Program-made: the position numbers and the translations under genes
NCBI RefSeq assembly: GCF_018350175.1
Contig: NC_058368.1
Location: 11,470,001 to 11,534,000 of the forward strand
From: Felis catus
Taxonomy: Eukaryota
Length of the DNA stretch: 64,000 nucleotides
Reading direction: 5' to 3'
Shown here: in pieces, positions 1 to 12,431 of the stretch
How positions within the stretch are numbered: position 1 is the stretch's first letter
Layout: each line of letters opens with the position of its first letter
Notes under the pieces: model-generated
Databases searched by the model: none
Told to the model about the DNA's origin: nothing
The model's input: the letters and a program-made list of their open reading frames with translations, nothing else

Positions 1-149
1 GCTCAGGGAGACCTCTCGAGCCCAACTGCCCATGTGATCCCGGGTTCCTCCATCACCATCCTGGCATTGCCCACGTAGGCATCAACACTTCAGTGATGAG
101 TATCCCGTGGCACCCCAAGGGACCCTGTCTCATCTTGGAACAGCTCATT

Positions 150-350
150 TCATTGAGTTGAAGTCTGACATTTGCCGCTGCTACCCATTGGTCCTAGCTC
201 TCTTTAGACTTAGGAAATGAAATCTGATCTCTCACCTTCAGAGAGATAAAGAAACCCTCTCCCCTCTACCACTCATTCCAGTGAGTTCTCTTTTCTCCAA
301 AGACTATATCCTTAGTTCTCCCAACCAGTTCTATACGATAGGGCTTCATA
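150..350 (-). mobile_element. Ancient CR1/L3-like LINE fragment
   Basis: Degenerate motifs (ccattggtcctagctct, ttctcttttctccaaagacta..cttagttctcccaacc) resemble the reverse complement of the segment at 1960-2270. Confidence 0.4.
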
Positions 351-402
351 AGAATGCAGAATCTGCCCTTCCGGTTGCTTCCTCAAGCCACACTGCTTTT
401 TA

Positions 403-523
403 TTTTATTGTTTGAAGGTTTTTTTTTAATATAATTTACTGTCAAATTGGCTAACATACAGTGTATACAGTGTGCCCTTGGTTTGGGAGGTAGATACGTA
501 AGCGATGAACCACGGGAATCTAC
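403..523 (-). mobile_element. Tiny 5'-truncated, 5'-inverted L1 3'-end insertion
   Basis: 15-bp TSD CCACACTGCTTTTTA (388-402 and 524-538); poly-T at left; homologous to the L1 3' end at 19196-19290. Confidence 0.88.
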
Positions 524-869
524 CCACACTGCTTTTTAGACCAGTAAAATGATCTAAATTCTTACCTTGATGGAGAGGGGAAGGGGGAGGGAAGGGACTA
601 GTGAGTGAAGCTAAGGAATCAGAAAGGAAAAAGAGGGTGGAAAGTAGTCAGACTTCCTGCTGCTCTGTGAATGAATACTGGGGAGGCCTGTACTTTCTCT
701 AAAAGGTGCAAACACTTTGCATTCCAGTCGCCATTCTGACTGCTGTCCCCTAAGCATGCACTCCAGTGGTCTCCATGGACAGTCTGAGCTATGTGGAGCA
801 CAACCGGCCGCTGGATCTTCTGTAGTTCTCTCTCTGTAGATCTCTCTCTTAGTACAGCCTAAGACCGTA

Positions 870-1345
870 TTTGCTCAATGGGCAACTGCATTAATGTCAT
901 CAGGCTTGCCATCGAGTAAAACCTCTGCATTATTCAGACCTCTTTGGTGACATTAATCACCTTAAGTGGAAAAGGAATTTATTAACTCTCATGGCTTGGC
1001 TTCAAGCACAGCTGAATTCTAGTACACAAAATGAGGAACTGGGTCCTTAGACTCCCTCTGCCCTTCTCACTGTCCTCGCCTTCCCTTCCCAGTCTTGGCC
1101 CTCCTTTCCTCTCCGGTGATTTCATTCTGAGGCAGACTCTTCTCTTATGAAGCACCAAAAACTTCGAGCAGCTCCAGATTTATATGGTCTTTGGCTCCGA
1201 TGATTTCAGGTCAAAGGCATTCCCTTCCCAACATCTAAAGCAATTCTAGAAGGACTCTTGCTGCACATGTGAGGGAGGCAAAGCCCCACAGTGGGAGAGG
1301 AGCTGTTTCTGAGATAAAAAGAGGGACTGTATTACTGGAAGAAGG
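870..1345 (-). mobile_element. Degenerate MaLR (MLT1-like) LTR
   Basis: MLT1-like motifs by recognition (aaaaggaatttatt, ggcttcaagcacagctg, ttcattctgaggcagactct); boundaries approximate. Confidence 0.45.
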
Positions 1346-1959
1346 CCAAATGGGTGGGCGCTGAGCAGAGAACACTTTGCACACGTGCAGGACTCACCTT
1401 CACCCTCCAAGGTTGGAGGAGTGCAATATATAGCACGGGGCCTGCTGGAACATGGCTGGCTCTCAGTAAGGGTTCACTGAGCTGTTAAGAGAGCCTACTA
1501 TACATTCTTAGGGATTTGGAAAAGAGAAGAAAAATAGACATCCCAACACCCATGTTCCTCTGTATGGATTCCTTCCCCGAATTGTAAGATGCCCACTAAA
1601 ACTTAGGGAAATATTTTAGCAAATCTCTTGCCATTCTCCAACATTAAGGTCTTCCTGTCTTTGGCCTTGATAAAATACTGTATTGGGTGTCCCTTCTATA
1701 ATGTGGAAAGAAGAATGCAGTGAGCCAAATTCCATTAAGAAAGAAAAGCTATGAGCACTATTGGCCTCCTAAGCAGTCTCCACGTTAACTTAAATCAGAT
1801 TAAAGGGGAAAAATCATTTTACAGGGTGAGAAAGATTGCTTTAAGAGCATCTCTGAAGTAATTAACATTTTTTAGGCTCTGGCTTACTCTTCCTTTTCAT
1901 TCTCAACTCTCCAATTATCCCGAGACCTAGTTCATCTATGTCATTGGAAAATGTGATGG

Positions 1960-2270
1960 TTTATGGAAGAATCTCCGTGCTTAAGTGGCTGAAAAATAAG
2001 GCTCATGAAGAAAAGCAAAAGGAATTGAATCTGTTTAACTTTAGGGAGAATAAATTGAGAAAGACTTAATATGGCTTACAGATAATTGAATTCTTTAATG
2101 CTGCAGAAAGCAAAGTTATTCTCCCATCTGAGGAAAATAAATGTGTGCTAGAACATAATAGATTTAATTTAGGTGAAAGGAAAGCCTTGCTAATGCTGGA
2201 AGTTGTAACAGACAAGAAAAGATTATCAAGGGGAGTCACGAATATCTGCTCAGTTTCACACCCCTCCCTC
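1960..2270 (+). mobile_element. Ancient CR1/L3-like LINE 3' fragment
   Basis: catgaagaaaagcaaaaggaattgaatctgtttaactttagggagaa...gatttaatttaggtgaaaggaaag resembles the CR1 ORF2 3' end. Confidence 0.5.
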
Positions 2271-2284
2271 AGGAAAATGTAGAT

Positions 2285-2577
2285 CAGCACTGTCAAGTAG
2301 GAACATAGTGTGTGTCTTGTTTTTAAACTTTGTAAAAGTTGCCTTTTTTAAAAAAGTAAAAAGAAATAGGTAAAATCAATTTTAATAACCTATTTTAGTT
2401 AGCCTAATATATCTCAAACATTATTACTTCAATATGCAACCAATAGTTTGCAATATTAATGAGATATTTTGCATTCTCTTTTTTCATACCAAGTCTTTGT
2501 GTGTTTTACATCTCAATTCCCACCACATTTCGGGGGCCATAGCCCTTTGTGGCTAATAGCTGTAGTATGGAAACAGA
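2285..2577 (-). mobile_element. MER33-like hAT-Charlie non-autonomous DNA transposon
   Basis: cagcactgtcaa..., aaaaagtaaaaagaaataggtaaaatcaattttaataa, attaatgagatattttgcattc and tgtggctaatagctgtagtatgg match the reverse complement of MER33 as I recall it. Confidence 0.75.
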
Positions 2578-2598
2578 TTAGATCACAGAACTCCATGA

Positions 2599-2835
<237 letters not shown>

Positions 2836-2989
2836 TAGGCTGTTTCTTTCCACACTAAGATTTTTAATCTCACTTGATTCAGAAACAGTGAATGATTTTG
2901 TTAGCTATTTGCTCTAGTTTGTAAATAGCACTGTTACTTTCATTTTTTAAAATTCTTTGGATTTTGTTATAAATATGCCCAGACTACGT

Positions 2990-3086
2990 TAATATGTATA
3001 TGTATATTAATTAAATATAAATAAAATATATAATTATATAATTATTTATTACATAGAATAAAATATAAAAATAAAAATATATATAT
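2990..3086. repeat. AT-rich low-complexity tract
   Basis: Almost exclusively A/T (taattaaatataaataaaatata...). Confidence 0.8.
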
Positions 3087-4737
3087 GACGATCTCCTGCA
3101 TCATATTTAATATACATTCTTTTGGGATATAATTTTACTCTGCGTATGCACACCCCTTCCTATGATGTCATTATTTGACTCATCCAGAATAGGGATCAAA
3201 ATAATGATATATCATTATAGTTTTTTTCTCTTACATACATCCACTGATGTTACAGTTAAAACAACAACATGCCATTGCGCTTTGGAATAAATGAATAATC
3301 ACAGTATTAGAACTTAGCTAATATAAAATTTAGCTTTTATAAAATTTAGCTAATTCAGGTTGTGAGACTATCGTAGCAAAAGCAATAAAAATCTCAGGGT
3401 CTGGTTTCCCTGGTGTATCTCAACCTCTTTGTTATTAATAAAAAATAAATAGCTAACTAATTTCCCAAATGAAGTAAGAATTAGCAAACAATTGCTCAGG
3501 GGAGTTGTCTTTGAAATCTCAAAATGTATCTATTAACATAGTTCACGAGCAGGTGAAATGTTAGAGGCTCGTAAATACTTGCTAAAGTGCAGATGGGTGT
3601 TTCTTACTGTCCGGAACGTGCCCCTGCCAGCCAGCAGCTAAGCTCAGCTTATGATCAGTAGATCAGTGGGTTTGTTGCTGCTCCTGAGACCTGAGGGCAG
3701 AGGGGACGAGGTGACAGTGGCGGGGTGGGAGGAGGGAGAGTGACAAGCGCCCTTTCCCTCTGCGGAGCGGCCATCCAGGAAGGACCGTCTCCTATTGCTG
3801 TTCTGGCTGGCGCGTCCTCCTCAGATCTCAACTGCCTGCTTCCGTGCTAGAAATGTTTACCCAGAGTATGTTGCCGGTCGGTCAGAGAGGCAGTGCTAAC
3901 TGGGAAGAAGAGCCTTCAACCGAGGAAGCCTGCATTCTAGCCGCGTCTCTCACGAGCTAGTTGCCTGGCCTTCAGTGCTATTTCTCTCCTAGACCCACTT
4001 GCAATCCCTGAGCAAACTGTGTGTCGCGGGCCATTGCATGAGAACATAGTGCAAGTCACAGGACTGTTCTTAAACACTGGAGGAAAGGGGGACATTTCAA
4101 ATCCATTCATTCTTTTTACTTCTGAGAGGCACTTGTTATATTAAATAAGTACAAACGATTTGCCTGCTTCTCAAGGAAGACTAGATAGACATTATGATGG
4201 CTAAAAACAATCATACCGTTCACTTTTATTTAATATCAATCTATGTTCAGGAGAGACTGGATAGCAAAACATTGAGGTCCACTTACAGTTTATTTCTACA
4301 AAGTTCTACTAAAATGTCCCAGTGGGAAAAAAACTAAACACAGAAGATGGTTCTAAGATTATTAACATTCTAGAAGTCTTAATAGGAAAAAAAAAAAAAG
4401 TTTTGTTCCGTTTATACCAACAGGAAGGGAATTTAGGTATAAATTACGAGCATGGCTGCTCACATACTCGTCTGTAATTCAAATGAGCAAGGACTGTAGT
4501 ATTTGTCCTCTGTGTCTTATTCTTTATTGGTTCCTGGTTTATCTCTGAAAGGGTTAAATGCTTTGTACTCACAGGCCATTCTATAATAACGTATCTTTGT
4601 ATCAGTAGCCCTTAAAATATTATGTGATGATATGCATGTGAAGTGTATGTGCATGTGTACAATTTCCGACCTCAGTTCAGAAACAGTGGAAAATTTCTTG
4701 GCTGCTCTAGTTTGCCTGTGAATATACACTCAGTTGT

Positions 4738-4764
4738 CACACACACACACACACACACACACAC
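4738..4764. repeat. (CA)n microsatellite, about 13 units
   Basis: Perfect CA run. Confidence 0.95.
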
Positions 4765-5026
4765 GCTCCGATGGGATCCAGTCTTCATTAAGAAGCAGCA
4801 TCGTGACTCGAACCTTCTCCTCCTGTGTGAACTTGCGCCTTTGCAATGAGTTTAATCTGAAGGCACCTGTCCAACATAAATACTAAAAGAACATTCTAAA
4901 AATACCCACTTAAGGAATTAGGTGTGTACTCGAAATAGATGGCCACGAACAGCCAGTTGCAGTTTTTATAGCACAAACAACCGAAGGGAGAACCGTCTCT
5001 CAGGAGAGGACTCTTGCGATTCGTAG

Positions 5027-5269
<243 letters not shown>

Positions 5270-6527
5270 TAACTGATCAGGTTTTATAACAGACTCTTTA
5301 ATTGGGAAGCTGTAGACTTTGTTTTCAGTCAACTTATCCAAAGGACAGCAGCTTAACTTTGGCAGAAGTTACCACACCCTTCCTGTCTGAGTCCACAGCA
5401 TTTAAGCTGCCAAGTTCTTTCTAAATGGCAGGGATCTGACGTTTAATGGCCACACAAAGACTGTGTGTGTGCAGTCCAAAGGTGAACTTTAAAAGAAAAA
5501 AAAAAAATCGCAAACACATTCAGGTTCTGAGCCTGTTCGCTGGCACCTGGGCAAAACTTGCCAAGAGTCTAATTATTTTAAAAGTGAAATTACTCTGATT
5601 CAGTTACTTCAAAGCTTGCCTGCTCTGACCTGAGAAGGGAGCCTCGGGGCTCCAGCATTGTTGTGCTGTTTGATGAAATCACAACTTGAAACAGGATATA
5701 GTGCACCCGAGAGCTCTTTGCTCTGCTCTAGGCTGCTAGCTCGTGTCCCCGACACCCGGAGCCGCTGAATTCATGTCTCAACCGGCCAATGCAGATTTGT
5801 GGATTTGAATGATAATTATGGTGATAGGATGCTTTCAGTTATGAGTCATGTGTTTGAAAACTGGGATTGGAAGGAGGGGCATCATTGTGACCCTCTCATT
5901 TCAGTAGCTTAGAGGCACGGTCCAGCTGGGGAAAGTCTCTGCCTCATGGAGGAAAACAAAACTGGCCAAAGGGAGACTGGCGTACCTAAAAATGCCTGAT
6001 AAGGAGCCGGCTCCTGGTGTTACTTCACATCCTGAGGCTCACGTTCAGCTAAATGCACTGTCTTTCCCAGACAAAGAAAGGGCTTTCTGCCAGTCTTACA
6101 GTTACAATGGAGGCCCAAATTCAAAGTTTAATCTACCCCGTGACTGGTATGCATCTCCTGACTCAACCAGAAACTTATGGGAAACGGTACTTCCGGTAGC
6201 TGCCTACCTTCCCTAAAAGGATGGGACTGTGGACCAATCCTCTTATGTTGAGGTAAGGCCAAGGAGCTCTCCGCTTTTGTTCCTCCCGGCCAAGGCCTAC
6301 CCTGGATGTCTGGGGAGAATTCTGTCCCCAGGATGAAGAAGAATGTTTTCTCTACCTCTTCTTTTCTGTAGAAAACAAGTTTAGCCTACCCAGTCATTAA
6401 AGAATATAAAGACGCTAGCTGTAAAACACCTTTAAAGCAAGTGTCAGCTTTTCACCTTGAATTATCCTAGAACCACTAAAAAGTACTGCAGAGTTTTTCG
6501 ACTGTTAACCTTAATAAGTGATAAAGA

Positions 6528-6766
6528 GGGGCGCCTGGGTGGCTCAGTCAGCTAAGCGTCCAACTTCGGCTCAGGTCATGATCTCACAGCTCGTGAGTTC
6601 AAGCCCTGCATCAGGCTCTGTGCTGACAGCTTAGAGCCTGGAACCTGCTTCAGATTCTGTGTCTCCCTCTCTCTCTCTCTCTCTCTCTGTCTGCCCCTCC
6701 CCTGCTCATACTCTGTGTCTCTATCTCTCTCAAAAATAAATAAACATTTAAAAAAAATTTTTAATA
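6528..6766 (+). mobile_element. Can-SINE (SINEC_Fc-like, tRNA-derived)
   Basis: GGGGCGCCTGGGTGGCTCAGTC head, (CT)n, A-rich tail; perfect 15-bp TSD AATAAGTGATAAAGA (6513-6527, 6767-6781). Confidence 0.96.
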
Positions 6767-7329
6767 AATAAGTGATAAAGAAATCAATCACTAAATGTGG
6801 TGAGGATTGTTTTAAAAAGTCTAAGCCAAAATACAACTGTTTAGAATACTTTCAAAACCTCTCTGAGCCAAAGCTATATGGGATGTCCGAAGATGAGCTC
6901 CCTGATCTGGACCACTGACCTAATTTTTGCTCTTAGCCTAGAAATCACGCTTAGGCACCCTCTTCACTCTGGAAGTTAAAGTAAGGAGGGAAATTTTGAT
7001 GAAGCAAGAGAGGCATCATTTTCCAGTCTCAGCCAAAATTTAAAAAAAAAAAAAAAAAATGTCTTATGGGATGTGACCTGGCAGGAGTAACATCAAGTGG
7101 AGGAATCAGACATGGTTTCTGAACAAATTTAATTTCTGTCAAAATAAAGGAAGGAAAATATGAGGTGCCACTCACTTGAAAATAAATATACTAATGCTTT
7201 GGGGGACAGTTAATAATGAATGCTACATCTGACTTCTAGTATTCTGTTATTCTAGCAAACAAGAACTACAAAATCATAGTGATCATTTTCTCTTATATAA
7301 TTAGATTTTATAAGAAACTTGAGAACGTG

Positions 7330-7529
7330 GGGGCGCCTGGGTGGCTCAGTCAGTTAAGCGTCCGACTCTTGATTTGGGCTCAGATCATGATCTCACCATT
7401 CATGAGCTCGAGCCCCGCCTTGGGCTCCATGCTGAGTGTGGAGCCTGCTTGGGATTCTCTCTCTGCTCCTCTCCCACTTGCACACACGCTTTCTCTCAAA
7501 ATAAATAAATAAAACTTAAAAAAAAAAGA
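7330..7529 (+). mobile_element. Can-SINE
   Basis: Typical head and tail; degenerate TSD aagaaactt(g/a)ag...gtg. Confidence 0.93.
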
Positions 7530-7639
7530 AAGAAACTTAAGAGTGTGAAAGTATGTATTTCATCCAAATAAATTAAACCATCTGAGAATATTTTGCTACT
7601 TCTCAATAAGATTATAATAAGGGATTCTAGCAAGCATAC

Positions 7640-7835
7640 AGGGTAGTACAGTAAAAATGCTCGAGCTTTAGGGTCAGGCAAGTCCAACTTTGAATTTCAC
7701 CTCTGCCCCTGACTTAGCTCTTGGCTTCCTCAGCTATTAAGTGGGTATGATAATAGCCTGCCGAGTTGATGTGAGGATTAGGTAAGAACCTCTGGAAAGC
7801 TTCTAGCACAGTGTCAGGCACATAGTAGGCATTCC
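7640..7835 (+). mobile_element. MIR SINE
   Basis: MIR-like core and 3' end (ataatag...gttgatgtgaggatta...tagcacagtgtcaggcacatagtaggc). Confidence 0.7.
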
Positions 7836-8536
7836 TTTGTACTGTCATTGGTGAATAATTCCAGCATATCCCCATCTGAGAAAGCCAAGCATATCTGGCA
7901 TCTAGAGCAAAACACAATGATCAAAAAAAAAAAAAAAACCTTTTTTAGATCTGTCCCTTTTCATTAGTCTCAGAATTTACTGACTCCTATCTGTAACGGT
8001 TTGCCTTTGAAATTTTTAGAATCTTTAGAAGGTGCCGTGTCCTTGCTATTAATTGCACATTAGCAGCGAACACACCAGGATGACACACTAGCCTCGTGAG
8101 ATGGATCAGGTGATGCCACCTTTTTTTCTCCCAGTTGATGAGCCTCATTCATTTCCCCACAACACTGAACAATTTGCTCACAAAGAAAAATTTAAGCATC
8201 CCCCCCCCCCGCACCAAAAAAAGGGCGTTGAGGAGCACAAGGTGTCAGTCACTGAAGTGACAAGCTATTTCAGAAATCGTATTTATGATTTGTTACCCCA
8301 GATACATCATCCGCCCCTAAGAGGATTGGAATTGCTGGTGCTTGGTACTGATTTCTCTTTGGGGGTTTGTATATCTTTACCTTTTTTTTTTAAGTTGCAT
8401 CAAATGAAGTATATATCGTTGGCACTGTTTGTTGCTGTTGTGTTAAAACTAAGATAAATGCACTTGAGTATCTTTAATATTATCGTTTTAAATAGACCTC
8501 TTATTTGTTTTTCTGTCCATTCAATCCGCTACGAAG

Positions 8537-8545
8537 GAACTGCAG
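8537..8545 (+). CDS. FRY: FRY alternative 9-nt microexon (GAACTGCAG = ELQ)
   Basis: Pyrimidine tract ttatttgtttttctgtccattc, then acgaAG, 9 nt, then strong donor CAG|GTAAGA; lies in a phase-0 intron; gives ...[14 protein letters not shown]... Confidence 0.75.
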
Positions 8546-11489
8546 GTAAGATGATGCTATGTTTCATTCAGATCTGCTAAGTAGATGTTTTGCATCGTCG
8601 CAGATTTATAACAACATAATTGCTTTTCTTCCTCCCTTCTAGTGTATGTATGCCTATCTGCGCGCATATTTACATTGAGGTGTGCGTGAGACAAAAAGTG
8701 TTTTTCTTTGTGGCTCCAGGATGGGAATAGTTTCCAAACTATAAATACAAGACAATTTTAAAATCTAGTCTGGAAGTTGCATAGTTATATCTCTTGAGAG
8801 AAAGTGAGGTTTAAATAGGATCCGTGGAAATCTTATGATGCCTGAGAAGGCAGCCGCACAACGGAATTCGTTGTGTTGTTACCTTCTCTAATTAAAGGTG
8901 AAGTCAACAAGCAGCATCCAACAGTATACCACGAACACTTCCAAGCAGATCTACTTATTTTCCAGGAATTAGGAGCTGTCTTTGTATGGCAACTGTATAA
9001 AGTTTCATCCAGATGAGAACCATTTCTCAAAAGGGGGTCCTAATAATAATGGCACCCAGGAAACAGGCATAAGCCAGGACCGTCCTGGGCATACTGACTC
9101 GTGTCACCCTACTATCCATTGCCGTGTCAGACTTACTCTGAGTAGGCATATCTGGGCAAATATATTTTGACCACAGTGCACTTATGTCCCTTCACCAATA
9201 ATTCTTACCTGACAGAGTTCTAGTGTGGAAAAAAAATTATTTCAAAGAATAGTGTTTCCAACATTTCTAGAATGTTCAGTCACTAGTACTTATCTCAGTA
9301 CAAATCCTGAGTGGTTAAGTTTGATAGCTGACATACGCAGATTGTCTTGAATAATTAGCCATCTCCTAAATTTTCTCACACATAGAAATATCTGACATAA
9401 TCAGTAAGACACTGTTTTGACCTTGTGGGTTGACTTTTAATCACCACACACACTTGAGCTAGGTAATAGCACTCTTGCATCTCAGTTCTTCAGCCTCCAC
9501 CGCGGTAACAGTTTCAACACCATTCCCTCTAATGGGGAGCTATCGTATCCTCCAGAAAGACATCCCACTATTCTTCCTGCGACAGAAGCCTTCCCTTACA
9601 ACCCCACTTCTCATGCCTGGTCCAGCCGGGTCTTCACCAGAGGTGCAGTTATATCAGTATGAGCCATCATCCTTGCCCGGTGTAGCATTCCCTGCCCCTG
9701 GGCGTCCATGTTTCTCTGCAAGCTCATGGTTCTGTCTCGGGCTCAGTGCCGGAGACTTCCAGAATTGTCATCCAAGATAGTTCATCCAGCCGATCCACTG
9801 ATTGGATGCACAAGAATCGGTGCTAGGATTTATGTTTTCTATTCATATTTTGTGTATTTCTCCCAGTAATCTGCACAGTCTTTTTTCTCTGTACTCTTAT
9901 TCTTTCAATCTTTTTAACTTCTTCACACACTGCGATTTCTTTTTCTCTCCCGTATTCTTGCCTCTCCACATTTTTTATTTCATTTTTTCACTGAAACAGC
10001 TATTTTAAAATCCCAGCACAACAGTTAACCTTTTCCACTAGGAAAAAAAAAATTACTTGGTGACAGTTTATCACAGCAGATACAGAAAAAGGTATAGATA
10101 CAGATAAGACAGCAGATATAGGTACAGAATATGGAAATCATATTCAACGTCTCCTTTTCATAATCAGACGGTCCTAAGAACAATCATAAACATCACGCAT
10201 GGGGATCAATAATGATAATAATTTCTGTATCATATCCAGAATGTGCTCAAGATCATTACCTGTTGCCTTCCACCATGAATAGTCAAAACAGACTTTGGAG
10301 AAGCTAAGCGTCTGTTCTGTGAGATTATCTATGAGAATGGCAAGGTGTGCTTCATTCAGATCCAGGAGAAATAGATCCTTAAACCAGAGGAAGATTAGTA
10401 AATTTAATGATCCTAATTTTAACAGTGATTTGCCTCTCTCATATTATACGGTTACGCTAGTCACTGAGCTCTCACCAGAAAAAGTTGTTTTATTTCAGTG
10501 ACCCATCAGACAGTGTTTCACATGACCAATAAATGAAAGGATTCTGGGCTAGATTTTGTTTAGATTCCCTGTTCGTGTAGGTTAAAACTCGCTTATCAGG
10601 GGGCTGCGTACTATTTCCCCTGCTTTATTCCTGTTTTAACACAGAGAAAAATAAAACCCCAGTTCCTTTCTAGGAAAAGATTTTGTGTGGACAAAGATAC
10701 TTAATATCAGATGGTTAGCAGAACAAGTCTGAGATACAACTAGAAGCTTGAACACTTGGATTGCCATTTAGCACGGTTGTCAGTAAATTAAAAGGTACAA
10801 GTCAGCGATAGTGCTTGGGACCAAGTCAGTCATTTCAGGAAAGCAACTCATTTCCACGTTGGGACAATTACTTAAAGATGAGCCTAAAGCAAAAGTCAAG
10901 CCACACTGCTCTGGCCTCTGCGTAGTGCATGATCCGTCAGACTTCGCCCAGCTGCTCTCAGATGTTCTTTTAACTCTGCATTTGATCTGCAAAAACCGCT
11001 GTAGCAGGAACAGGCTGGAATGTTTACCTAATGAATGCTCTTCTACTTAATACCCAAGGGATGTGGAATGTGCTACAGCATAGCTCCTACTTTTTCTCCT
11101 TCTGAAAATAGTACTAAACGGGCCGGGGAGGGGGGCACACCTCTTTGGAGATTGTTTTAATATTAATGGTCTCTTTCTTACAGCTTTTTGGAAACGCAGG
11201 TCATTATAGGGTTTACCAAAGTCACAGTTTAAAAAATATAATACTACCCGCCAGGCCATGGAGAAGCGTGCAGTGCTTCTCCCTGCGAGTTAATACGCAT
11301 CTAGGTGAAAACAGTATGCTTTCACTACCTTCCACATCATGTGAACAAATTGGTTGCTACCAAGGTAGACGAGAGCTTGAGAGTTCGTCATGAAAACATT
11401 TGTTTCTAAGCTATGATTATGACTTAACTGGATGTGTGAAGGTGTTAAGTGCAGGAAGATCCTGGCATAAAAACCAGCTGCTGGTATGA

Positions 11490-11741
<252 letters not shown>

Positions 11742-12185
11742 TAACTGAAGCAGTAAGCATGGTTTCCAGTCGCTGCTAAAGAAACTTTCCACCGCTGCTA
11801 AACCCAAATCCGAAACGTCGGGTGGCATCCAACCGATTGTAACGTGCCTCTTGACTCTAGGTTGCCAACAGACACAACTACTGGGGCATTTGTTATAAGC
11901 CCTCGACGGCATCGAGTCTGTTCAGGCCCGGACTTTTCTCAAATAACTTTTATGAGGCTGGAACCTTTTTAAAAATTCCTGAGACATCTGAAGTCTTAGG
12001 CAGTCTAACAGTGAGACGTTTGGATGTGGTTATCTGCAGATACGAGTGTTCATGTTTTCCAGTTCTGGGCCATCATTTGCTCTGCCAGCTGCCATGTGTC
12101 AGTTCTAATGGTAGCGAAAAACGTACGTTAAATGATACCCGTCAGCCAACAACCGGCTCGGGCAGTGGTTTGTACTCTTACGTAG

Positions 12186-12431
<246 letters not shown>

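Noticed and set aside
6528..6610. tRNA genes suggested by A-box and B-box-like motifs
   Set aside because: These are the tRNA-derived heads of Can-SINEs, followed by (CT)n, poly-A and TSDs.
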